Shown piece by piece: positions 10,544 through 19,850 of a stretch of 63,707 nt of DNA. Made by a program: the position numbers and the translations under genes. How positions within the stretch are numbered: the stretch's first letter is position 1; every line of letters begins with the position of its first letter. The DNA is taken from positions 1 to 63,707 of the forward strand of contig JAPYQN010000001.1 of NCBI GenBank assembly GCA_029941465.1. The letters run 5' to 3'. The notes beneath the pieces were generated by a model. That model was not told where the DNA came from. It saw only the letters and a program-made list of their open reading frames with translations, and did no database searches. The stretch is from Gammaproteobacteria bacterium (lineage in GTDB: Bacteria > Pseudomonadota > Gammaproteobacteria > Steroidobacterales > UBA11654).

Positions 10544-10996
10544 TTAATGATTAGTTGTGTTAATTGGTATGTTTGTGCTCAAAAAATGTTCAATTTTTGT
10601 AGGTTTTATTAAATCCATGAGAGTTAAGTCATCAAGTGAAGCAAAGACTTTTTGATTAATTAGTTGCCAAGCATTACCTATTTGACAAAAATCTTGTACA
10701 GAACATTTATCTGTATGGCTAGCACATTCAGTGATTGATAAATTACCTTCCAAAGCATTTAAGAGGAGTGCAACACTAATTTTTTTTGTATCACTATGAA
10801 GCGAGTAACCACCCAAAACTCCTTGTTTTGAGAGAACCAGTCCTTTTCTGTTAAGTTTCTTGAGAAGTTGCTGAACTGTGGGTAGGGCTATATGAGTAGA
10901 TAACGAAATTTCTTTCGCTGTAAGATAGTTTTGATGCAGTGCCAGATTAGCAAGAATCAAGACTGCATAATCAGTCATTTTTTTTATTCTAAGCAT
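10544..10996 (-). CDS. Rrf2-family transcriptional regulator (IscR/SufR-like), first gene of the suf operon
   Basis: 150 aa with an N-terminal Rrf2 winged helix (MTDYAVLILANLA ... KGLVLSKQGVLGGYSL). It has a Cys-x6-Cys-x5-Cys triad (ECASHTDKCSVQDFC), like the Fe-S-ligating Rrf2 regulators. Confidence 0.85.
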   Translation of the reverse strand: MLRIKKMTDYAVLILANLALHQNYLTAKEISLSTHIALPTVQQLLKKLNRKGLVLSKQGVLGGYSLHSDTKKISVALLLNALEGNLSITECASHTDKCSVQDFCQIGNAWQLINQKVFASLDDLTLMDLIKPTKIEHFLSTNIPINTTNH

Positions 10997-11020
10997 TTTT
11001 CCCTCAACCCTGAAGATATA

Positions 11021-11035
11021 GGACTATTTTAGTCC
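11021..11035. promoter_or_regulatory. Candidate Rrf2/IscR-type operator: perfect palindrome GGACTA-TTT-TAGTCC
   Basis: The palindrome lies 25 nt upstream of the regulator ATG, in the 144-bp divergent region shared with the aldolase gene. Its GACT-N5-AGTC core has the same spacing as the E. coli IscR type-1 consensus ATASYYGACTRWWWYAGTCRRSTAT. Confidence 0.55.
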
Positions 11036-11140
11036 ACTTTTACACTAATGCAATAAAAAAGGTGAGTATTTATATAATGAAAACTATGTGTATCTAGTTT
11101 TCTTTCTATATAATTACAAAAAAAAGAATAGGAGATAATA

Positions 11141-12160
11141 ATGGATCTAAGTTCGCTGAATTCGATAGCTCAATCGATGGTAGCTCCAAACAAAGGAATA
11201 TTAGCTGCAGACGAGAGCACACCGACCATAGGGAAACGGTTTGCAACTATTGACACAGAATCAAATGAGAAGAGTCGTCAAACCTATAGAAATATGTTAT
11301 TCACATCAGCTAATGCTTCAGATTATATCAGTGGAGTTATCCTATTTGATGAAACCATAAGACAAAGCACAGATGATGGTATTCCATTTGCTGAGTATTT
11401 AACTTCACTAGGGATCGTGCCGGGTATTAAAGTTGATAAAGGTGCAAAAAAGCTTCCTATGTGTGCAGGAGAATTAGTAACCGAAGGTCTTGATGGACTG
11501 AGAGAAAGACTAGCTGAATATCATGAATTAGGCGCACGGTTTGCTAAATGGAGAGCTGTATTAAGTATTGCTGATGATAAACCAAGTAAAACCTGTATAG
11601 AGGTAAATGCCCATGCTCTTGCTAGATATTCTGCTTTATGTCAGGAAGCTAAGATAGTACCAATTGTTGAACCAGAGGTTCTAATGGACGGTGATCACAG
11701 CATAAATAAATGCTATGACGTGACTGCGGAAGTTCTTAATAAAGTTTTTACCTCTCTGAATGAACAAAAAGTGTCCTTGAATGGAATTATTCTTAAACCT
11801 AATATGGTTATTTCAGGTGCTGATGCAAAGGATAGAGCCGATATAGTCACTGTTGCTGGTGCCACAGTTAAATGTTTGACTGAACATGTTCCAGAAGAAG
11901 TTCCAGGCATTGCCTTCCTATCAGGTGGTCAAACGTCAGAAGAAGCTACAGCACATTTAAATGCTATGAATGAACACGGACCTCACCCATGGCAGCTGTC
12001 TTTTTCATATGGACGAGCTTTACAAGCTCAACCACTAAAAGCATGGTCAGGCGAAGCTAGTAATATTAACGCTGGACAAAAAGCATTCATCAAGCGATCT
12101 AGACTCAATAGTTTAGCTAGAACAGGTAACTATAATCCTCAGATGGAAGAAACTGGTTAA
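11141..12160 (+). CDS. fba: Fructose-bisphosphate aldolase, class I (Schiff-base, eukaryote-like type)
   Basis: 339 aa with GILAADES, PGIKVDKG, ILKPNMV (Schiff-base Lys region), FLSGGQ and SFSYGRALQ. An AGGAG sequence lies 7 nt upstream of the ATG. Confidence 0.88.
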   Translation: MDLSSLNSIAQSMVAPNKGILAADESTPTIGKRFATIDTESNEKSRQTYRNMLFTSANASDYISGVILFDETIRQSTDDGIPFAEYLTSLGIVPGIKVDKGAKKLPMCAGELVTEGLDGLRERLAEYHELGARFAKWRAVLSIADDKPSKTCIEVNAHALARYSALCQEAKIVPIVEPEVLMDGDHSINKCYDVTAEVLNKVFTSLNEQKVSLNGIILKPNMVISGADAKDRADIVTVAGATVKCLTEHVPEEVPGIAFLSGGQTSEEATAHLNAMNEHGPHPWQLSFSYGRALQAQPLKAWSGEASNINAGQKAFIKRSRLNSLARTGNYNPQMEETG

Positions 12161-12176
12161 AAAAACAATTGATTAA

Positions 12177-12776
12177 ATGAGATTTTTTAAACACATATTA
12201 TTATTTTTTATTTGCCTCAACTCAATAAGCTTAATGGCTGATAATAATCTTGAGCCATTTGAAATGATTGTCATCTCAATTGATTCAATGAATAAGCATC
12301 TAGGTGATAAAAAAAATAAAGAACGATTAAATAATGATAAAAAGAAACTGTATTCAATTATTGATCAAACATTGTCCCCATACTTTCAAAAAAGATATGC
12401 AGGCCGATTAGTTTTAAATCAACACTGGAAGAACGCAAATAATGACCAACGACAACGTTTTACAGAAGGTTTGTATCAATCTCTCGTTCGCTCTTATGCA
12501 TTGACATTGTTAAATTTTGATATCAGTCAGATTAATGTTCTTGCTCACTTACCTATTACTAATGAGGTAAAAAAAATCACTGTTAAATCTGAGGTAATGT
12601 ACAGAGGAGAATTAATCCCGATGAATTTTAGTTTTGGTAAATTTAAGGAGGGGTGGCGTTTTTATGATGTAAAGATTGAAGGCGTCTCTTACGTAAAGAA
12701 TTACCGAAACCAATTTAATGCTGAAATCAGTGCTACTGGTATAGATGCTGTTATAGATCGTCTCGAGACAATGTGA
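12177..12776 (+). CDS. mlaC: MlaC/Ttg2D-like periplasmic phospholipid-binding protein
   Basis: 199 aa with a signal peptide. The Tol-tolerance family pattern is present (LSPYF...YAGRLVLNQHW...QRQRF...YDV.IEGVSYV.NYRNQF). Confidence 0.6.
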   Translation: MRFFKHILLFFICLNSISLMADNNLEPFEMIVISIDSMNKHLGDKKNKERLNNDKKKLYSIIDQTLSPYFQKRYAGRLVLNQHWKNANNDQRQRFTEGLYQSLVRSYALTLLNFDISQINVLAHLPITNEVKKITVKSEVMYRGELIPMNFSFGKFKEGWRFYDVKIEGVSYVKNYRNQFNAEISATGIDAVIDRLETM

Positions 12777-12779
12777 GAT

Positions 12780-13514
12780 CTAAAAATCATCAAAGTCTAT
12801 AAAATCATCTTCTAACTCATCATTGATTAAACCGTCCTCAATTTTATATTTTCGATTCTGAATATAGGAATCTCTAATGTATTGATATGGATCAAATGAA
12901 CTATACAGTTCTTCTTCTAAAACTGACAGATCTGAGCGGTCTTGAACTTTTTCTATAAGCTTAAAAGAATATTTAGTAAGAGTATCATCTATATAACTAA
13001 GAGGGCTAAAGACATTGTCAACTAGATCGCCAAACGCATGTCTAAGTGTATAAGGTCCGAGTAATGGTGACATTAGATAAGGGCCTTGATCAAATCCCCA
13101 AACTCCTAATGTTTGTCCAAAATCTTCATCTTTTAGCATGAATCCCATGTTAGATGCTGGATCAAAAAGACCACCTAGACCAATTGTGGTGTTAATTGTA
13201 AATCTAAGTAGACCCTCTAATGAATCTGATAACTTGCCCTGAAGAAGTTGATTTGTAATGGTAATTGGGTAGTTAGCATTATTAAAAAAATTCTGTACCC
13301 CAGTTTGAAGAATCTCTGGAAGAATTAAATCGTAACTGTCAGCGACAGGCTCTAAGACAACATTATCTAGGTTCTCATTAAAATTATAAAGCGATCGATT
13401 GATTTCTTCATAAGGGTCATTTTCATCAGGAGCTAAACTTCCTTGGTAGCTGCAACCGCTGGTACCCAATGTAATTAAAATAAAGAAGAGAGCGACAGTA
13501 GTTGAACTTTTCAT
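12780..13514 (-). CDS. mlaA: MlaA/VacJ-family outer-membrane lipoprotein
   Basis: 244 aa with a lipobox (TSGCS) and the VacJ motif INRSLYNFNENLDNVVLEPVADSY. Confidence 0.8.
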   Translation of the reverse strand: MKSSTTVALFFILITLGTSGCSYQGSLAPDENDPYEEINRSLYNFNENLDNVVLEPVADSYDLILPEILQTGVQNFFNNANYPITITNQLLQGKLSDSLEGLLRFTINTTIGLGGLFDPASNMGFMLKDEDFGQTLGVWGFDQGPYLMSPLLGPYTLRHAFGDLVDNVFSPLSYIDDTLTKYSFKLIEKVQDRSDLSVLEEELYSSFDPYQYIRDSYIQNRKYKIEDGLINDELEDDFIDFDDF

Positions 13515-14980
13515 TTATTAGCTCGTTTCATTTCTTGCATATATTCTTCGATTTCAATAAGTCTTGCCATAAATCTTGAGGCTTGTATTTTTGTCAACGA
13601 ATTAAGTGAGAGTGCTATTTTAAGCTGTTCAGTGGCTTCTTTAAAGTTCCCAAGACTTAAATAATATTCTGCCATATAGGAAAAAGAATCAGCAATATCA
13701 CCAGCGCGATTTGCTGAATTTGCAATGAGTTTAATTTGGGGTGGAGTAGGTGGAATATTATTAAATAAATCCAACAAAATCTCATGTGACTTTTTAGGAC
13801 TTCCATAGTTTAATTCTGTTTCTGCATAAGCCAATGTTATCGGAATATTTCTAGGAGACAAATGAACACGTTCTGCAATATAACTTATACTTTCTCTAGT
13901 CATGCCTTTAGCAATTAAAAGATTCATGTAAGCAATGTGGAAGTGTCCGAATTCTGTATATTCTTTGCTGAGTTTTTTTAGGATGCTTTCAGCTTGATCT
14001 AAGTAACCAAGATCAATAGAAGACAAAGCAAACCCGTAAAGTTCTCCAATGGACCTTTTACTCAAAGGATTATTTAAATCAAGGTTCTTGGTTTTGTTAT
14101 TAAAATAGGTAAATGTTTTCTCAGGTGTATTACCAAATAAGTATCTTATTCTAGCTCTTGCAAGTTCAAACCCTAATGATTCTTCGATTAAATCTACATC
14201 TATTTTTCTTGCTTGTTTTTTTGCAGATGACGCTCTATTTACAGAAGTAGGATGAGTTCTTAGAAATTCAACTGAGGCTGCATACCTTGGATCATCGCCA
14301 GTTGATAATTTATTGAAAAAATCTGCCATCGCATAGGGGTCATAACCAGATAGTCCCATTGTTTTTATTCCGATAGCATCTGCTTCAATTTCCATTTCTC
14401 TTGTAAAATCAATTTGTCCTTGAGCCAGCAAAGAAGGAACAATGGACGCGCCGGCTTCTAAGATTTCACCGCTTCCAGTCACCGCACTTAAGAGAACAGC
14501 TCCAAGAAGCACTAAACCACCTTGTATAGAATTAGGAACTTGATCTCCAATTTGTCGTGAAATATGTCGCTGGGTGACATGACTGATTTCATGAGATAAC
14601 ACAGATGCTAGTTGGCTTTCGTTATCAGCATTGATGCATAGTCCAGTATGAATTCCGATAAATCCACCTGGTATTGCAAATGCATTAATAGAGTTTTGCG
14701 GGACAAGAAAGTAATTAAAATCAAAATCACCACTTTGAACTTTTGACGAGAGTTTTTCTCCAAGGTTTTGAATGTATTCTGTTAATAGGGAATCTTCAAC
14801 GACTTGTTTTTGTGATCTCAATGATCTGAAATAGGCTCTTCCAATAGCTGGTTCCTCTATTTTTGACATGTATATGTCTGATGGATTACCTAAATCAGGT
14901 AATTCAATCTCACTCAGTACTGTCTTACTGATCAGCAAGAATAATATGACAAGTCCAACAGGTTTAAAATATGAATACAT
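13511..14980 (-). CDS. bepA: Periplasmic M48 metalloprotease with TPR domain (BepA/YfgC-like)
   Basis: 489 aa with a signal peptide, the HEISHVTQRH zinc motif and a C-terminal TPR-like region. Confidence 0.75.
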   Translation of the reverse strand: MYSYFKPVGLVILFLLISKTVLSEIELPDLGNPSDIYMSKIEEPAIGRAYFRSLRSQKQVVEDSLLTEYIQNLGEKLSSKVQSGDFDFNYFLVPQNSINAFAIPGGFIGIHTGLCINADNESQLASVLSHEISHVTQRHISRQIGDQVPNSIQGGLVLLGAVLLSAVTGSGEILEAGASIVPSLLAQGQIDFTREMEIEADAIGIKTMGLSGYDPYAMADFFNKLSTGDDPRYAASVEFLRTHPTSVNRASSAKKQARKIDVDLIEESLGFELARARIRYLFGNTPEKTFTYFNNKTKNLDLNNPLSKRSIGELYGFALSSIDLGYLDQAESILKKLSKEYTEFGHFHIAYMNLLIAKGMTRESISYIAERVHLSPRNIPITLAYAETELNYGSPKKSHEILLDLFNNIPPTPPQIKLIANSANRAGDIADSFSYMAEYYLSLGNFKEATEQLKIALSLNSLTKIQASRFMARLIEIEEYMQEMKRANK

Positions 14981-14983
14981 TAA

Positions 14984-15451
14984 TTAAAGGTCATTTAGAG
15001 CCCCAAGTACTTGTTCAACATGTCCTTTGACTTTAACTTTTCTCCACTCGTTTACAAGGGTACCTTTATGATTAATTAGGAAAGTACTGCGTTCTATTCC
15101 CATGTATTTACGCCCGTACATATTTTTTTCCTTAATAACATCAAACAATTTGCATACTTTCTCGTCTTCATCAGAGATTAATTTAAAAGGAAAATTATAT
15201 TTACATGTAAATTTATCATGAGACGCTACGGAGTCTCTGGAAACTCCCAGTATGATAGTATTATTTTTCTTAAAATCTTCAAAATAATCCCGGAAATCTT
15301 CTCCTTCTTTGGTGCAACCAGGTGTGTTGTCTTTAGGGTAGAAATAGATAACAATATTTTGACCCTTATAATCAGAAAATTTAATGATGAGATCGTTTGT
15401 TATTTTTCCTTTAAAATCAGGAATAGCTTTACCAAGACTTACTTTTGCCAT
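14984..15451 (-). CDS. bcp: Thiol peroxidase / peroxiredoxin Bcp
   Basis: 155 aa with FYPKDNTPGCTKE (peroxidatic Cys). Confidence 0.9.
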   Translation of the reverse strand: MAKVSLGKAIPDFKGKITNDLIIKFSDYKGQNIVIYFYPKDNTPGCTKEGEDFRDYFEDFKKNNTIILGVSRDSVASHDKFTCKYNFPFKLISDEDEKVCKLFDVIKEKNMYGRKYMGIERSTFLINHKGTLVNEWRKVKVKGHVEQVLGALNDL

Positions 15452-15606
15452 TTTGAAGTTACCTATATTTGTTTAAAATAAAATAAAACAACATTTTATA
15501 TTAAAATGATAATGTGAATTAAAAAAGAATATTCGTCTAATCCAAAATAAAAATATCGAATTTATCAGCCAGTTGTAATAACCTCATCACCTAGGAAACT
15601 TATCTA

Positions 15607-16182
15607 ATGAATATTCAACAAAGAAATCTTTATCTTCTGGCTTTAATTGTATCCAGTTTGTCTGGGTGTAGTTTCTTTAATGCATCTGTACAAACTTGTA
15701 ATGAACCACAAGAATATCTCAATAGCTATTCCATAGCAGATCTAGTGATCCCGGATGCCTTGAGAGAAATACAAAAACAATCCTCTTTTTATATATCAAA
15801 AGACATTGATAATAATCTAATCTCTAGAGAAGAAATGCTTCCGGTAATGCGAGATGAGATTAAAAGTGCAGTTAAAGAAAAAGAGAATATTTCTGGAGAT
15901 GATTTGTCTGAGTTACTTGATTTGATAGACCAAACGATTGATGGGCGGACCAATGCATTTGATCAGGGAAATTATGATGTAAAAAGTACTACAAAAAGAA
16001 CTAATAATCTTACTGATGATTGTTTAGATGAGGCACCCAATTATTTTGCTGACGGGGTATTAGAAAACAATGGATCAAAACGATTATCAGAAAAAACTAT
16101 TAACGATTCTGAAGAGGGTAAATCTTGGTGGAAAAAGTTAAAAGACAGAAGAAAAAATAGAGCTGAAGAGAAACAAATCTAA
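15607..16182 (+). CDS. Hypothetical lipoprotein with a Lys/Arg-rich C-terminus
   Basis: 191 aa with a lipobox (SLSGCS). I recognised no family. Its stop overlaps the convergent acyl-CoA dehydrogenase gene by 4 nt. Confidence 0.55.
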   Translation: MNIQQRNLYLLALIVSSLSGCSFFNASVQTCNEPQEYLNSYSIADLVIPDALREIQKQSSFYISKDIDNNLISREEMLPVMRDEIKSAVKEKENISGDDLSELLDLIDQTIDGRTNAFDQGNYDVKSTTKRTNNLTDDCLDEAPNYFADGVLENNGSKRLSEKTINDSEEGKSWWKKLKDRRKNRAEEKQI

Positions 16183-17330
16183 TCTTTGCCTAGGATGCCC
16201 ATCTGTTTAGAAATAATTCCTAGCATAACCTCATCACTACCACCCCCAATAGATCCCAATCGAGTGTCTCTATAAGCTCTAGCAACTGAGCTTTCCCACA
16301 TAAAACCCATGCCACCCCAGAATTGAAGACAAGCATCAGTTAATTCTCTGCCTAAACGACCTGATTTTAGTTTCACCATTGAAGCTTTAGTCAAAACATC
16401 TTTTCCATCAATATATTCTTCTACTGCGTTATAGGTTAATGCTCTCAAGAGCTCTACTTCAGTTTGCAGTTCAGCCAATTTATAATGCACCACTTGATTA
16501 TCTAATATAGGTTTCCCAAATGTTTTTCTTTGTTTTGTGTATTCGATTGTTTCTTGAATAATATTTTCATAACCTTTAAGAGCCGCAGCTGCTGCATATA
16601 ATCGTTCCTCTTGAAATTGGATCATTTGATAAATAAAGCCTTTGCCTTCTTCACCAATTCTATTCTTTTGGGGTACTTCAACATTATCAAAAAATATTTG
16701 AGCAGTGTCAGATGAATGTAGACCTAGTTTTTTTAAGGGTTCAGAGACAGACACACCTTTGGTATCAGACGGGACAATAATGAGTGATTTATTTTTATGC
16801 TGAGGGCCATCACTAGTGTTCGCTAAAAGACAAAAATAATCAGCCTGGGTTGCATTAGTGATCCACATTTTACTTCCATTAATGACATAATTATCACCAT
16901 TTTTTTCAGCGATGGTTTTAATGGAGGCAACATCTGAACCAGCACTTGGCTCACTTACTGCAATCGAGAAAACAGCGTCTCCAGAAATTGCTGGCACTAA
17001 ATATTGTTGACATAATTCTTCACTGCCAAATTTGGCAAGAGCAGGGGTGGCCATATCAGTTTGCACACCAATTCCGGTACCTACACCTGCTGCTTTAATT
17101 CGTCCCATTTCTTCAGCAAAAACAATTGAATAACTGTAATCCAGACCTAAACCACCATACTTTTCTGGTTTATTGATTCCGAGCATCCCAAGGTCACCTA
17201 ATTTTTTAAACAATTCATGAGCTGGGAAAATACCATCTTCTTCCCATTGATCAACGTATGGATTGATTTCATTATCTACAAATTTTGCTGCAATCTCTCT
17301 AATGCTTTCGTGTTCATCTGTCCATTTCAT
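16179..17330 (-). CDS. Acyl-CoA dehydrogenase
   Basis: 383 aa with the canonical ACAD blocks: SEPSAGSDVASIKT, WITNA, FGKPI..NQ and GGGSDEVM. Confidence 0.88.
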   Translation of the reverse strand: MKWTDEHESIREIAAKFVDNEINPYVDQWEEDGIFPAHELFKKLGDLGMLGINKPEKYGGLGLDYSYSIVFAEEMGRIKAAGVGTGIGVQTDMATPALAKFGSEELCQQYLVPAISGDAVFSIAVSEPSAGSDVASIKTIAEKNGDNYVINGSKMWITNATQADYFCLLANTSDGPQHKNKSLIIVPSDTKGVSVSEPLKKLGLHSSDTAQIFFDNVEVPQKNRIGEEGKGFIYQMIQFQEERLYAAAAALKGYENIIQETIEYTKQRKTFGKPILDNQVVHYKLAELQTEVELLRALTYNAVEEYIDGKDVLTKASMVKLKSGRLGRELTDACLQFWGGMGFMWESSVARAYRDTRLGSIGGGSDEVMLGIISKQMGILGKD

Positions 17331-17342
17331 AATTGTTCCTTT

Positions 17343-18143
17343 TTAAACTCTATAACCATTATTTGGCGGCTCTTCAGGATCACCTGCAAAACATTGTGCA
17401 ATTGACATCCAATGTTTAGCAATTTCACCTTTTACTTCTAAATTAGTATCTACAATATTCCTATTTTGCGTTACAACATGGCAAAAATCACTAGCTAATC
17501 CTATAACTGAATTATCTGTCATATGTTCATTCCATTCCCACTGTTGTCCTGAAGGAGCAATTAACTGAATATAAGGCTTAGATTTAGGCACTTCTAGTTT
17601 TCGATTAATATAGGTCCATTCAAAAGTTTTGACACCAATATTTGCTATATTTTTAATGTCGTCAGAATAATCCCTTTGAATACTGATTAAGTCATAAATA
17701 GCCTGACTATGAGACCAAGTTTCCATATATCGTGCAGTCATGAACATTCGTGCTCCCATATCTGGACCGAACCATTTACATCGCTCCTTAGGGTCTGTTT
17801 TTTCAAATACTTCACACATCAGATTATTGGCCACAAGCCATCCTTCCATTAATTCTTGATAATTAGAAGTTTTTAACCTCTCTAAGACCTTTTGGGCTCT
17901 CGTTAATGATTGCCTTATTTCGACATAAGTAGAGAGTAGAAATTTAGCTTCTTCATCAAACTTTCTAGGTTTATTAAGAGAATAAATAGTCATTAGATCG
18001 AAATAATACAAATGAGAAATAATTATTTCAGGCGTCCAATCTTTAAATTTAGTAGGGGATTGCCATTGTTCAGAGTTTAGTGAGATCATCAAATTATTTA
18101 ATGTCTTTACCTCATTTCTAATTGCTGAAATTACTTCTTTCAT
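17343..18143 (-). CDS. DinB/MDMPI-like metal-binding protein (TIGR03084-like)
   Basis: The ORF runs to a TTG at 18191. The ATG at 18143 (MKEVISAIRNE...) is preferred because it leaves a 60-bp divergent promoter region. An N-terminal DinB-like helix pattern is present (W..PT....W....I.HL). The family assignment is from memory and has moderate support. Confidence 0.5.
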   Translation of the reverse strand: MKEVISAIRNEVKTLNNLMISLNSEQWQSPTKFKDWTPEIIISHLYYFDLMTIYSLNKPRKFDEEAKFLLSTYVEIRQSLTRAQKVLERLKTSNYQELMEGWLVANNLMCEVFEKTDPKERCKWFGPDMGARMFMTARYMETWSHSQAIYDLISIQRDYSDDIKNIANIGVKTFEWTYINRKLEVPKSKPYIQLIAPSGQQWEWNEHMTDNSVIGLASDFCHVVTQNRNIVDTNLEVKGEIAKHWMSIAQCFAGDPEEPPNNGYRV

Positions 18144-18203
18144 TGATTTAGGATAATATCTTTGGTAATGTTTTGTCAATAATATTACCAAAAGTAATTA
18201 CCA

Positions 18204-19850
18204 ATGGAATTAAAAAAGATAAAACAACAAATAGTGTCTAAGATCGATCGTCATTCACCTATTTTTCAAGATAACTATAATGAGTTACAGAAAAAAATCT
18301 GTGAGATTGATGATCTTCTTGATCTTGCTGAAATTGGTGGCGGACCACACCATCATGAAAGACTTGCTAAAAGAGGCAAGATGTCAATCAGAGATCGAAT
18401 ATTTAATGTGCTTGATCCTGATACACCGTTCCTAGAAATTAGTCCTTTAGCAGCCTATAATTCTGAATACACTATTGGTGGAGGAGCAATAGCAGGCATC
18501 GGTGTAATTGCTGGTGTTGAATGCGTGATTTTTGGAAATGACCCGACCGTCCTTGCAGGTGCTTTGACGCATTATGTTTCTAAGAAATGGGGTCGGTGTA
18601 TAGAAATTGCTAGAGAAAATCACATCCCTTATATCAGTTTTGTGGAATCTGCTGGAGCTGATCTTAGGATTAACCCTTTATCAAAACAAAAACCTTGGAA
18701 CATCGGTACAGGACATTTTGCTGAATCAGGTCGCTGGTTTTATGAAATGACAGAATTATCAAAAATGAAAATTCCTACCATCGCTGTAGTTTTCGGTTCT
18801 TCAACAGCTGGCGGGGCCTACCAACCAGGAATGTCTGATTACAATATATTTATCCGTGAGCAATCTAAAGTCTTTCTAGCAGGGCCACCATTGGTCCAAA
18901 TGGCAACTGGAGAATTATCAGATGACGAGACTCTTGGTGGTGCCCAAATGCATTCAGAAGTCTCAGGCCTATCAGATTATCTTGCTGCAGATGAAATGGA
19001 TGCTTTGAGATTATGCAGAGAGGTGGTTTCTCATTTAAATTGGAGAAAAAGCAAACCACAAATAGAAGATCCAGCAGAGGAACCTATCTATGATAGTGAT
19101 GATTTATTAGGATTAGTCAGTAAAGATTTGAAAACACCTTTCGATGTACGTGAGGCTATAGCAAGATTTACTGATGGTTCTCGATTTGAAGAATTTAAAC
19201 CGTTATTTGGACCAACCATTATTTGTGGTTGGGCAGACGTTCACGGTTACCCGGTCGGGATAGTAGGTAATAACGGAGCGATATACCCTGATTCAGCTCA
19301 AAAAGCAGCCCATTTTGTTCAATTATGTAACAAAATAGATACCCCTATTATTTTTCTTCAAAATGTAACTGGTTTCCTTGTTGGTAAAGAATTCGAAAGA
19401 GATGGCATTATAAAAAAGGGATCTCAGTTGATTAATGCAGTTTCAAATTCTACTGTGCCACACATTACCATTATACTTGGCGCTTCTTATGGAGCAGGCA
19501 CCTACGCAATGTCAGGAAGAGCTTATAACAATCGATTTACCTTTACATGGCCATCAGCAAAGATCGCTGTTATGGGGGGTAAACAAATAGCTGGAGTTAT
19601 GTCATTAGTGAGAAAGGCTAGAGCATTTAGAAAAGGTGAGAAATTTGATGAAGATGAAGATAAAAAGTTTACTGAAGCAGTAGAAAAACTACAGGATCAG
19701 GGGTCTAAAGCTCTTGAAGCAACAGGGTTAATTAGTGACGATGGGATCATAGATCCCAGGGACACAAGAACTGTTCTTGCTATTTGTTTGTCAGTTGTTA
19801 GTAATCACCCAATCAAAGGCACAGATGAATACGGAGTGTTTAGATTGTGA
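18204..19850 (+). CDS. Acyl-CoA carboxylase beta subunit (carboxyltransferase; methylcrotonyl-/geranyl-CoA carboxylase type)
   Basis: 548 aa with two carboxyltransferase domains (VVFGSSTAGGAYQPGMSD, ILGASYGAGTYAMSGRAY). Confidence 0.88.
   Translation: MELKKIKQQIVSKIDRHSPIFQDNYNELQKKICEIDDLLDLAEIGGGPHHHERLAKRGKMSIRDRIFNVLDPDTPFLEISPLAAYNSEYTIGGGAIAGIGVIAGVECVIFGNDPTVLAGALTHYVSKKWGRCIEIARENHIPYISFVESAGADLRINPLSKQKPWNIGTGHFAESGRWFYEMTELSKMKIPTIAVVFGSSTAGGAYQPGMSDYNIFIREQSKVFLAGPPLVQMATGELSDDETLGGAQMHSEVSGLSDYLAADEMDALRLCREVVSHLNWRKSKPQIEDPAEEPIYDSDDLLGLVSKDLKTPFDVREAIARFTDGSRFEEFKPLFGPTIICGWADVHGYPVGIVGNNGAIYPDSAQKAAHFVQLCNKIDTPIIFLQNVTGFLVGKEFERDGIIKKGSQLINAVSNSTVPHITIILGASYGAGTYAMSGRAYNNRFTFTWPSAKIAVMGGKQIAGVMSLVRKARAFRKGEKFDEDEDKKFTEAVEKLQDQGSKALEATGLISDDGIIDPRDTRTVLAICLSVVSNHPIKGTDEYGVFRL

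Noticed and set aside
15607-16182. The lipoprotein next to bcp considered as a possible BamC (NlpB), because dapA-bamC lies near bcp in E. coli.
   Set aside because: It is only 191 aa versus about 344 aa for BamC. I could recognise no BamC motifs and no dapA is nearby, so it is left as hypothetical.
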